64,000 nt of DNA from Selaginella moellendorffii (Eukaryota; Plantae; Lycopodiophyta), in NCBI RefSeq assembly GCF_000143415.4, contig NW_003314283.1, positions 196,752-260,751 of the forward strand. The letters are read 5' to 3'. Shown here piece by piece: positions 24,431 through 36,608 of this stretch (positions are counted from its first letter, which is position 1; each line of letters opens with the position of its first letter). The notes under the pieces were generated by a model. The model saw only the letters and a list, made by a program, of their open reading frames with translations, did not search any database and was not told where the DNA came from. The position numbers and the translations under genes are program-made.

Positions 24431-27400
24431 TGTAAGCGACTAAATTTTCCATTCTACTTTAGTCACTTAACCACACCTCTGACCACTTGGAGGAGTCTCA
24501 TTCACAACCTCCATAAGTCCAATCCAGGACTTGGGACTTGCTAGCCCCGAGAATAGCATCCATGCCACTCAACATTTGCGCTTGGTCCAAGTGCTCCACG
24601 TGTCCGATCCCATGACCGACACTCAAAGGTACCACCGACATAGCAGCCCGTTACGCTAAGGCCATGCCCAATCACCTTTGCCACACTGGTAGTCCAATAC
24701 CACTTGCATCACCGTCTTGGCTCTCCAAGACTAGGCAAACCATCCGTGAGTGGTCATCTCAGATCCACTCCTTAGCATCCTTAGGATGCCCACCGACAAG
24801 GGGAATAGCCTTCCCCAATATCCCTCTGTCAGTCCCCACTAAGTCCCTTTCTGCCCCTGGCCGTGTTTGCCAACACTGCCACTGGATCGAGACCCACAGG
24901 CCCGACCACTAAGTCCCACGGTCCTCTGGGACTTCCTCACCACATGACTGTGTCCTTGGTCACTACCCCAGAGGACTGCTCCTCTTCCTTTCCACAGTCT
25001 GGGCCTTTGGGACAACATTTCGGAACACCGTGGCCTTACGCGAGCCACTTGGGTACTCTCCTCGCCTTCTGCCCTTGGGTGCTCTAGCCATGGGCTTAGA
25101 GCGGGTTCCGTTGAGCCACACCAGGTATCCAAGTAGGTAGTGCCACCCACACTTGGACTGGGAGCATCGGCCAGTCAATCTCCCGGGGGAACTAGAGCCG
25201 GCTCTTGAACACTTCACCAAGCTACCCCGCTTGTCGGTCCGTGTTCACTCTAGTCTTGGACTTCCCAGTGGGCAGCTCATCACCCAACACTGGGTCCGGC
25301 CTTCCTAGGCCAAACTGGCCTTTCCTGGCCAAATTGGCTCCACTGCAGTCCTCCCCCTACTATACTTTTGGAGCTCACCAAACCCCCCAGGGTCTGGGAG
25401 ACGAACGCTTTGGGCTTTCACCCTCTCAGGCTCCGGACTCGGACTCGGACTCGGACTCGGACTCGGATTCGGATTCGGACTTGGACTCGGGCTCGGCCTC
25501 GGTCTCGGCCTCGGCCTCGGTCTCGGTCTCGGTCCCGATCTCGGTCTTGGTCTCGGTCTCGGTCTCGGTCCCGGTCTCGGTCTCGACTTCAGACTCCATC
25601 TCGGACTCAATCTCGGACTCCATCTCGGACTCCATCTCGAACTCCATCTCGGGTCCATCTCGGGTCCATCTCGGACTCCATCTCGGACTCCATCTCGGAC
25701 TCCATCTCGGGTCCATCTCGGACTCCATCTCGGGTCCATCTCGGACTCCATCTCGGCGTCCATTTCGGGTCCATCTCGGACTCCATCTCGGGTCCATCTC
25801 GGCGTCCACTTCGGACTCCAACTCGGGTCCATCTTGGGTCCACCTCGGACTCCACTTCGGACTCCATCTCGGACTCCATCTCGGGTCCATCTCGGCGTCC
25901 ACTTCGGACTCCAACTCGGGTCCATCTTGGGTCCACCTCGGACTCCACTTCGGACTCCATCTCGGGTCCATCTCGGACTCCACTTCGGACTCCAACTCGG
26001 GTCCATCTCGGACTCCACTTCGGACTCCAACTCGGGTCCATCTCGGACTCCACTTCGGACTCCAACTCGAGTCCATCTCGGACACTCCCACGTGTCATGT
26101 GTTGGTCCTTTTGGGTCCCTTTTTGGAGCCTCGCCTTTTGCTCGCTTCGTGCTTGTTCCTCGAGCACTTCGTTGGGAGTTCCACTCCCGCTCTTGACTTT
26201 TCAAGTCGGGGCTTTTGGTCCAAACGTGTTACACTCATTTGGCTCTCGCTTCGGCCACTACCATGTGGCGCCCTTCCGGCTCCACTTTGGGGCCTAGGGA
26301 TTTTGTGTCTCACAACTCCACCACCCATAGACGAAGTTCGATGTCCTCATCGAACGGTGAACCATTTTATAAAGTAACACCTGCATGTGTTACCATTTCC
26401 ATCCTTGGCGCGTAGCCAATATTTGTCAATGGTGTGACATTGAAGGCTCACCATGCCTTCTCCATATTCGTCAATGGTTGGACATTGAAGGCTCACCATG
26501 CCTTTTGCATATCCTCTAAGGAGGGTAGTCTCTCCAACTTAGAGACTGATTGGACCACATATAATGGTTCTCTCCTTTTATTGGTTTAGTTCTCGCTAAA
26601 CCTCTTAGAGACCCTTCTCTAAGTCAATCCCACTACTCCTTCTCGAGTAGTCTCAATTTCCATCGATATAGCCTTTGCACTTTGGAACTTTGAATTTTGA
26701 CTTCTTGGAGTCAATTTCCTAGGTGTCTCCGACACCTTGCCTTGCACCTTTTGTGCAACTCCACTTCCCATCCTAGGAAGTTCTCTACTCGAGGGCACCA
26801 TCATCCTTTCTTCTATTTCGTGCCAAAGTTCTAATTATCATGCTTTGTGCTAGGGCTGTTCATGGCCCTATCATTTGGCTACCTTACCGCTCCCTCCCTT
26901 GGAGCTTCCACTTTCGCCAAATCGGAGCATTTCGGAATCCCTCCTTGGAAACACACTTCCTTTCCCGCAACTTGTTAGTGTCCAACACATTAGTGTTCCT
27001 CGCCTAACTTTGTCACTTGGATTCCTTCCAAGGGATTCCACGGCCCTATCTTGGCCACTCATCTTTTGCTTCTATCCGTTGATTGTTGCACCAAGCAACA
27101 TCGAATCTCTACCTCCCTCCTTGAGGTATTGTTTCGGTTCCATAGCAAAGACTCTTCTTTGCCAAGTCCGGAGGATGTTCACCCCTAGTACGTCTCTTTA
27201 GCATCTTCTGCTATGGGCTCTATCCACGGCCCAACTTCGTGACCCTCCCATGGGTCTTTTATAGAGACTACTTTCCTCGGACTCACTATGCCATCGCACG
27301 GACATAGTTTATTTCCCTTAGGTGCTCTTCCCACTTGGTCATCACGACCAAGCCACACCACCTTAAACAGTTCAATTTCAACATTTTGAACCAGGAACTT

Positions 27401-30400
27401 CATTCCTTAGCCAACCAAGGACCTTGTCCTTATCTGGCCATAAGATCGCATAGTGATCTCACCTTGGCACCTTAACAGAGTTGCCAAGAGGTACTTGGTC
27501 TTCTAGACCTCCAAGTTGTTGACTATAACCCCGGGGGCATCCCCCACACTTGGCGGTGCACCCAAGCCAGCCCTTACGGCCAAGGTTCATAGCAACTGAG
27601 ATTAGGTGTCCCCATCTCACTCACCACGACCTTGGTGCCACTTGCACTAAAGCATTCAAGTTAGATGTGCTGAGCTTTCACACTAAGCAATCTAACCGTG
27701 CATCACGACTCCGAGGCATCCCTCGCTTGGCGGTGTGCCCAAACCAGTCTCCCCACTGAGAGTCCATGACCACCGAAATATGAGTGTCCTCATATTCCAA
27801 ACCATCACCACGCCCTAGTGATTTGGGACTCGAACCCAAGCACTAGAGGGTCGGGACTCGAACCCAACCTCCGTATATGCATCTACGGACGGCATCACAC
27901 AAGATGCCTGGCGTGACTCCCCACGCCGGTGCACCAACTTATTTTTAAAGCGCGCTACAGATCACAGCTTAGGAACCTAGTTCCTCCACACTGCCAAGTC
28001 CTCTCACTTGACATGTCTGTGATCATGCATGGACTCTTCCATGCTCGGCCCCATGGCTCACCCTTTTTGAAGTTATCACCTTCAACTAGGGTATTTGTTC
28101 CCCCGACGTGCCAATCTCGCTTGGCAAGTCCTCTGACCACTGTAACATGGTTCCTGCATAAGTGTGAAGGTCCTTGACCATCGACTTTCGTTCAAAGCCC
28201 TCTCTTTGAACACTCGGGAACTACTTCCCTAACCTTGATAGCTTTGCCTCATGGCAAGCTTCAAGACCACGCTTCTGCTGCGCCACTCTGATTTCGTGCG
28301 TTCCATGAACCATTTACACTTGGCCTTTCTAGGTACTAAGCTACCTAGAATCGTCTTTGGGAACCTTGAAGGAACTCTGTCCCTCAGCTTGCTAAGGCCT
28401 CCCTTTTTTGCAAGCCTTCCAAATGCCACATAGTCTAACATGGACAATTCCATAACTTAGACTCTCCATGGCATCACGGTTGCTAGCGGCAACACCCTTG
28501 AGCCCCCACTTGATTCTCCACTCCCAGCTGGCATAACCAACCTTGGTTATGCCCTTTGATTCCTACGGTTCGGTTCTATCCCCTTACTTCTTGCTTTTTG
28601 GCTTCACACCTTTCCTTTGGTCATTCTCCTCCAGACCAGGAGGATAGCTTTGCACTTTCTATCATGCTTTAGCAAGTATTCTTAGGGATGAACCTACCCA
28701 ATAGCCTAGGGAGTGGTTCCTCAATCCGGGTATGCTCACCTTATAATCCCACACACTGGGATTACATTGTTGCTTATGGGCCTTTACATGCCCATCATTA
28801 GCCTTGCCAAAATTCCATTTTTGGCTTTGTCCAACTCGGGTAGACAGTCCTCTCCTGTCTCCGCAACCTTGGACATTTGGATAGCACCTTCTATCCATCA
28901 TTCGCTAGGGACTTAGTCCCTTGGGCTTTATCCATTGCCCTCGCGACATCAAACACCACCTTCTGGTGTTCTAGAGTGTTCGGGTGTCCCAATGATGGCT
29001 TTCTTGACAATGAGTATTTCCTTTTATGACATTGACTTACTATATCGCAACACAAGCAACTTATCCCCCGTAAGGGTATATCCAACTTCCCTATGCTATT
29101 AAGAAGTCTTGGGTAGCTACCTTCTACCCGTGTAACCAGTTATTTTGCACCTCTTGCTTAGTTGCCTCATAGTTGTCAAGTCCTACAACTCATTGCTGGT
29201 GCTTCCACACCTCCATCATTATCTGGGTCACCACACTCCAACTGCATGCTCTGCAGCTTAGGCTATGCTATTCCCATTTCCATTGGGATTCCTTTGGCAA
29301 GGGGTTCTCATGAACCCACCAACATAGCCTCAAGGTATCACACCTTGGCACATTTGGTGTTTCCACACCATCGGCTCCACGAGCCTACCTCTGTGACATT
29401 TCCCCTTCGTGTCTAAGTCTTTGCCAAGACCAACACCGCTCTTTCTCATGCCAACCATCCGTTAGCACTGCACCATAGAGGTCACACACAACTTTATGTC
29501 AAAGTTGTTTTCTTCTGGGAACACCTTTCCCATAACTTTAGCATGACACATTTTGCCATTGATGAGATACCCTCTGTTCTCATCTTTGGATCCTATGATC
29601 CCCCCCCATCCTTTGTGGGGTACAACACACCTTAGTCCAAATGCTTCCATCAGTCCTTTTAGGACCATCCGTTAACTCTACTTGAGTCATCCAGCAGTTT
29701 TGGACTTAGTTAATCCATAGACCCGTAAGGTCCTACTTGTGAGGCACTAGCTCACTGGAATACACTTCTTGCATTCCTGTCCTACTCAAAAGGACTATTT
29801 TCACAAGTGTTACTCCGACACTTGATTTTGTTCTCTGGGGGCAACCTTTGCCCCTTAGGACTACTTGTCCATGTGATGAGAACACCAACTCATCCACTTA
29901 ATACACCCCCAACTCCTGGGGTTGTTCCAGCATTTATTAGAGGTAGCCCCGGCTACCTTTTCAAGGACTTGAGTCCTCTTCCGTATTTGACCTCCCACAG
30001 TCATTACTTCTGGTCTCACATTCATGAGCACCAACCTCAACTATATGAGGAAAATCTTGTGACTCCTTTATTGCTTTGGAGTCTTTATCTTTCCCGTGAT
30101 CCCAACTGTAGTTGTTTACCACAACTACATTAGCCAGTTTGCTAAGTCAAACGCTCATCTAGATCACATCCTCAACTCTTTGAGGAAAACCATATACTGT
30201 TCCCAAGATCCCAAAGTCGTTCCATTATTGGCCCTTTTCTATCCACCACCTCGTCTACAAGTTCACACATGAACTGTAATGGAGAGCCATGTCTTCCCGA
30301 CTTGCTACTCCTCAAGGATAGACCCACTCCTCGGACCTTCCGATGCCAACACTAGTGGTGATATACTTGAGCACCAATAAAAGTCGGACTAAGGAACAGC

Positions 30401-31523
30401 TCCGATACCAAGTTGTAAGCGACTAAATTTTCCATTCTACTTTAGTCACTTAACCACACCTCTGACCACTTGGAGGAGTCTCATTCACAACCTCCATAAG
30501 TCCAATCCAGGACTTGGGACTTGCTAGCCCCGAGAATAGCATCCATGCCACTCAACATTTGCACTTGGTCCAAGTGCTCCACGTGTCCGATCCCATGACC
30601 GACACTCAAAGGTACCACCGACATAGCAGCCCGTTACGCTAAGGCCATGCCCAATCACCTTTGCCACACTGGTAGTCCAATACCACTTGCATCACCGTCT
30701 TGGCTCTCCAAGACTAGGCAAACCATCCGTGAGTGGTCATCTCAGATCCACTCCTTAGCATCCTTAGGATGCCCACCGACAAGGGGAATAGCCTTCCCCA
30801 ATATCCCTCTGTCAGTCCCCACTAAGTCCCTTTCTGCCCCTGGCCGTGTTTGCCAACACTGCCACTGGATCGAGACCCACAGGCCCGACCACTAAGTCCC
30901 ACGGTCCTCTGGGACTTCCTCACCACATGACTGTGTCCTTGGTCACTACCCCAGAGGACTGCTCCTCTTCCTTTCCACAGTCTGGGCCTTTGGGACAACA
31001 TTTCGGAACACCGTGGCCTTACGCGAGCCACTTGGGTACTCTCCTCGCCTTCTGCCCTTGGGTGCTCTAGCCATGGGCTTAGAGCGGGTTCCGTTGAGCC
31101 ACACCAGGTATCCAAGTAGGTAGTGCCACCCACACTTGGACTGGGAGCATCGGCCAGTCGATCTCCCGGGGGAACTAGAGCCGGCTCTTGAACACTTCAC
31201 CAAGCTACCCCGCTTGTCGGTCCGTGTTCACTCTAGTCTTGGACTTCCCAGTGGGCAGCTCATCACCCAACACTGGGTCTGGCCTTCCTGGGCCAAACTG
31301 GCCTTTCCTGGCCAAACTGGCTCCACTGCAGTCCTCCCCCTACTATACTTTTGGAGCTCACCAAACCCCCCAGGGTCTGGGAGACGAACGCTTTGGGCTT
31401 TCACCCTCTCAGGCTCCGGACTCGGACTCGGACTCGGACTCGGACTCGGACTCGGATTCGGACTCGGACTCGGGCTCGGGCTCGGTCTCGGCCTCGGCCT
31501 CGGTCTCGGTCTCGGTCCCGATC

Positions 31524-31571
<48 letters not shown>

Positions 31572-32246
31572 CCGGTCTCGGTCTCGACTTCGGACTCCAT
31601 CTCGGACTCAATCTCGGACTCCATCTCGGACTCCATCTCGAACTCCATCTCGGGTCCATCTCGGGTCCATCTCGGACTCCATCTCGGACTCCATCTCGGA
31701 CTCCATCTCGGGTCCATCTCGGACTCCATCTCGGACTCCATTTCGGGTCCATCTCGGGTCCACCTCGGACTCCATCTCGGACTCCATCTCGGACTCCATC
31801 TCGGGTCCATCTCGGACTCCACTTCGGACTCCAACTCGGGTCCATCTCGGGTCCACCTCGGACTCCACTTCGGACTCCATCTCGGACTCCATCTCGGGTC
31901 CATCTCGGACTCCACTTCGGACTCCAACTCGGGTCCATCTCGGACTCCACTTCGGACTCCAACTCGGGTCCATCTCGGACTCCACTTCGGACTCCAACTC
32001 GAGTCCATCTCGGACACTCCCACGTGTCATGTGTTGGTCCTTTTGGGTCCCTTTTTGGAGCCTCGCCTTTTGCTCGCTTCGTGCTTGTTCCTCGAGCACT
32101 TCGTTGGGAGTTCCACTCCCGCTCTTGACTTTTCAAGTCGGAGCTTTTGGTCCAAACGTGTTACACTCATTTGGCTCTCGCTTCGGCCACTACCATGTGG
32201 CGCCCTTCCGGCTCCACTTTGGGGCCTAGGGATTTTGTGTCTCACA
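24431..32246 (-). mobile_element. Young full-length non-autonomous LTR element, family A (LARD-like)
   Basis: LTRs 24431-26314 and 30414-32246 (TG...CA, nearly identical outside the satellite); TSD CCAAA on both sides; PBS TGGTATCGGAGC at 30399-30410; polypurine tract (PPT) at about 26315-26327; 4.1-kb interior with no long ORF. Confidence 0.95.
25432..26082. repeat. Composite satellite in LTR A: (CTCGGA)n, (CTCGGT)n, then 12-mer CTCGGACTCCAT and 11-mer CTCGGGTCCAT
   Basis: Directly visible; related arrays at about 31415-32014, 36830-37210, 42160-42806, 43345-43616 and 49975-50217. Confidence 0.95.
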
Positions 32247-32973
32247 CCAAAGAGTGATGGAACTGAACCACGGAGCAACTCCCGAGCATATAGCCCAAGG
32301 AGCGAAGGGACAGGAGCTTGGAGCGACTTGGAACAGTCCTGGAGCAACCAGCATCCCAATGCCAGGACTAGCACGCAAAATGGAGCCAAATGGAGTCTGG
32401 TGCTATTTCGGCATACCGGTGGTCTAACGCAAGGACATGGGTACTCTACCAACTAGCATGGAATGGAACTTGGGTTTAGACCCAAGCCGGACGTAGAACA
32501 AGGACAGGCACACAAGCGGACACTAGATGAACCCCATTGTGTTCAGGCCGATCTCTATATTTCGTAGATATGCCAAATGAGCTAATCTAGACACTTTCCA
32601 TATATAGCACTTAGGACCGAAATAAGATTAACACAAAGGGCATGATAGCAAGGGTGTTTGGCAGACACGGTAAGCTATCATTTAGCGAATATTGAGGGAC
32701 TAGTCTCAATATCACGGGGGTTCCCAACACTAGCAAGTGCAAGTCAATGAATGAGTTTCTCTAATCAGGTCAAGTATGCTTGACAAATAGCACGTAGGAA
32801 TTCCATCCTTATGCTCATTTGGTCAAGTGCACACGCGATGACCAGTTTCTTAACCAGCTTGAGTGGAGACCATAAAAGGGACTAGCAATACCGACCTCCT
32901 GCCATCATGGCAGTAAGGTAAGGTAAGAGTGTCTGTAAGGACTGGCCGATAGGTAACTTTCAATACAAATAGT

Positions 32974-33482
32974 TGGTATCGGAGTAAATGGCATGGGTTC
33001 AATTCCCATTGATTAGTGGCTACTTAAAATATAGTATACCCTTGAGCAAAGTATATTCCTACCCCTAAATTTGAAATCGTACGTATTGAGCATCCATGCG
33101 TACGTCCTTCCTCTTGTTTGGAGTATCCATGGACGAAGGTATCCACAATGGGACTATGGTACGGGTGGATGACTAGTTGCCTTATATGGAATAACTGGTC
33201 TACACAATGGAAGGATTGGTAGATTCAGTGAGGAAATGAAGGTGTTGTTTCCCCTTGGCTCAATAGGGGTTGTTAGTTAATAGTCAATGAAGACATTGAC
33301 ATCTCTGAAGGGGGGGTGAGTGTAGCGCATGTGATCATGGGATGAGATTTGGATATACTGTCACCATAGATCTTTGGAACCTTGGAGAATAAATGAGGAT
33401 AAAATAGCCACTAAGGGCTCTCTCATCAAACAATTGCCCCTTTTCTAGTTGGCTTAAGGGGAGAGAGATAAAGTGCGCTACA
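32974..33482 (+). mobile_element. TRIM (family C) lacking its 5' LTR
   Basis: PBS TGGTATCGGAG at 32974, about 340 bp non-coding interior, PPT GAAGGGGGGGTGAG, and a 162-bp LTR at 33321-33482 with terminal inverted repeat TGTAGCGCA/TGCGCTACA. Confidence 0.88.
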
Positions 33483-36400
33483 ATCGCCGATAAGGAAATG
33501 ACCAACGGAGTCAGCCACCCTTGCTACTCTGAGTGTCACCCAGCTTATAAAAGTGTGATACACCCTTACCCATAGGGACATAGAGAGAGAAGCTAAAGGC
33601 CCCAACCCTCCTGAGCAAAGAAACTAAACCCGTCAATAAGGTTTAGATAGACTACTGTAAATAGGCAGTTAGAGTTGTTTACACAGTCATGCCCTTTTAA
33701 CAGAATAAGGAACACCAACAAAGAGGCGGGTTATGTGACCAGTCGATAGTAGCTACCCCATGACTAGAGATTTCACCATGCACACGAAGTGCCGAAGCCA
33801 GTTTGCCTATACTGGCGCAAAGCCAAAGATCAATAGATGGACAATATCAAAGTCATAGACAATGATATCTTAGAGACGTAATTATCAGTGAATATATCTT
33901 AGTTTAGAACATAAAAGTATTCCAAGTAAGTTATCATCCGATAAACTAGTAGTATAGTATAGGAACCACCAAGATCATCATAATTGGTAGGCATAAGAAT
34001 CACCATCCAACAAAATTCAATAGCAAGGATATCATCAAGGAAACTCAATGATGAAACTTAACTACCAAAGATGGCAGATAGTATGCCAAACAACTTACCA
34101 AAGATAACTCAAAGAACACAAAGTATTATCAACTGGCAAACAAAATGCTCGCGAATGTATCACCCAAAGGAAATAACATTCCAATCTATTAAAACAAACC
34201 TGAGCAACAATCAACAGAACAAAATGAATGTGGTAAGACCAACAAACATAGCGTTCAGGCTAACTATTACACTAGCCAATCTGAATAGATCCCAGTCAAC
34301 AACACCAAGGAACTCAAGTTGCCTAAGCAAGTGTTAGCAATATCCTATCAATATTTCAAACCCAAAAGACCAATCCATAGCAAACCACAAAGTACATGTG
34401 GTATTGTGAAAAGCCAGAAGCCATCAAAGAGAATAACTAACTATCATGAAAGACTATCAATCATCCCATCAAGAAAGAGATGCATAATCATCGTTAAAGA
34501 AGGAATCCACTATCTCGAAGAATGGCAAATCATTCGATATCAACAATAATCAAGCAAATTCTTTTGACAAGGATAATCAATTATCTTAGATTATAGTCAA
34601 TCATCACTAATGATTGTTATATGCAAATAATAACTTCAACATTGAAACTAATAAGCCAAAATGCCTTCCCCAACAACTTCTAACAAATGTACCACAAGTA
34701 TGAAAGCTCAAGGAAGCAAAAACTCGAAAAAGCCTATAGCCAAGCCTTGCCTAACAATGATCACAAGTCGTGTATAAATCAATTTCAATGCTAAAGAAGA
34801 AATCATGGTGCAACCCACAATATCTTCCTCAACACATCCATAAGCCAAACTTCATAATGCAAAGCTAATGAAGAGTATGTCTGCATCAATCCAAAAGCCA
34901 AACATATTGAAACTACGCTCAACAAGTGATCACTAAATGATCCTCCATGAATCCATCTATAGCAAAACATAACTCACTTCATAACAAGCACAAAAAGAAT
35001 CATCAATGATCGATATATCCCAATTCAAATTTAACAAGGATTCAAAAATTCTAATATTGATCACTAACTCTTCTGCTTGTAGAGTTAGCATAGTCTATGA
35101 CTAAATCACTTTTCAAGGAAAAGCTCAAACCTCAACCCCTACTAAACAATCTCGTCTAAAACACAACTAGCTTCACTTGCCACTCAATTCATTTGAACGT
35201 CAATACAGTTGCCAACTAGCAAATGCACAAATGCTAAATAACATAAAGCAACAACTCAAGCATCAACACTATCTCTATCGAGACTAATGAAACTCGACAT
35301 CAATCTTTGAAGAGACATCTCATTTCACTCAAATCTCAACATTAACAATGTCAACGGCAAGACATCACTTCAATGCCATCAACACCATAACAAAGTTAAA
35401 AGAAAGTATGAGTGAATCACCACCCAAAACTTCCTAACAACTAAGCTAACCAAGGTCGAAGATACTTTACTTAGTATCTGAGACCAATTCTTCAGCAAAA
35501 CTTAGTTATAAATAACACTTCCTTAAGGAGTGAATCACCATATCTAAGACTCAATGAAATCCAACACTATGGACTAAATGTAACAAAATGATATCGACAA
35601 AGGAATCGATATGCCAACATGGAAAAGAAACCATGTAAGTTTAACCATACGATCCTTCCCAACACCATTCGGTAAAGCAAGCCTATCACTGCTAAATTAT
35701 CATCGAGTGAAGCAAGTGTCAACAGTCTTTCGACAAAGTTTACAAGCAATCACTAGTTGCAAAGCAACTAACAATCACTCTTTCAACTTGCCTTCATAAG
35801 ACCCAAACACTAAACTCATGCTATTGAGTTATATACTTGTCCAACATGAACTTAATACCTCAAGCATGAGATAAAAGTTTATGGACAAGCATAACTAAAT
35901 AACTACTTGAATCCAACTCAACTGCAATAAGCTCACTAATGCATTTAGCCACTAGCTCTGAGCATGCCTTGAAGACACTAGCTATACATGATTAACACTC
36001 AGTCGAAACTAAGGTGAAGACCATAAGATGGACTCATATTGGTACACAACCTCCTCATAGACAAAGCTATAGTATAGGTACCAACATCTCAACCTAAATA
36101 ACTAAGTTAGACATCACTATCCTCAACCAAAGCGTAGGGCTACCAAGACTAAATCAAGATCAGTGAGAGCTCACTACTATCATAGAATCTTAACGAAATG
36201 CAAGATGCAACCTATCACCAAACATAACGCTACAGAAGAAAGGTGTAAGGGTCACCCTTTTTAGAAAACTATAACAACCACTTTTCTACACCAACTTCAA
36301 ACTCTATCCAACTCAATTGCTTTTGCCCCAAAAATTAGCATCCCTTTTGGGTCGCATCATACAAACTATCTACTAAGCTCTAAGCTAACCAAAGTCAACT

Positions 36401-36608
36401 CTAACCCCTTTCACTAGTTTGTATTGGCTTACGAAAATGGAATGGTATTCGAGCAAAGTGACCGATAGATCAGCCATTGAAAAAGCCTAAGAAAATTTGT
36501 GAAAAAAAATAAAAAAAATTCCCATCCTAGAAAAAGAATGTCTCTCAGTCTAGGAATGCAAATTTTCAAGACTCAACCAACTTCTTCCTACTAACAACTT
36601 CACATAGG

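Noticed and set aside
25432-26082. Repeat array superficially like a CRISPR array
   Set aside because: No unique spacers, units of 6-12 nt, no cas genes, eukaryotic LTR context.
25205-26377. Long ORFs of up to 300-420 aa (SDSD, RTRT, GLGL, ESEM) in all six frames, also at about 31136-32456, 36694-37485, 42060-43731 and 49860-50490
   Set aside because: They arise from the stop-free satellite inside LTRs; open on both strands and not conserved in frame between copies.
26418-27790. 45-bp tandem pair (about 26420-26512) and degenerate repeat of about 180 bp (about 27530-27790) in the interior of element A
   Set aside because: Real but ordinary for the 3' non-coding region of LTR elements.
33321-33482. 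TRIM as a Cassandra element
   Set aside because: No 5S rRNA-like segment is recognisable in the LTR.
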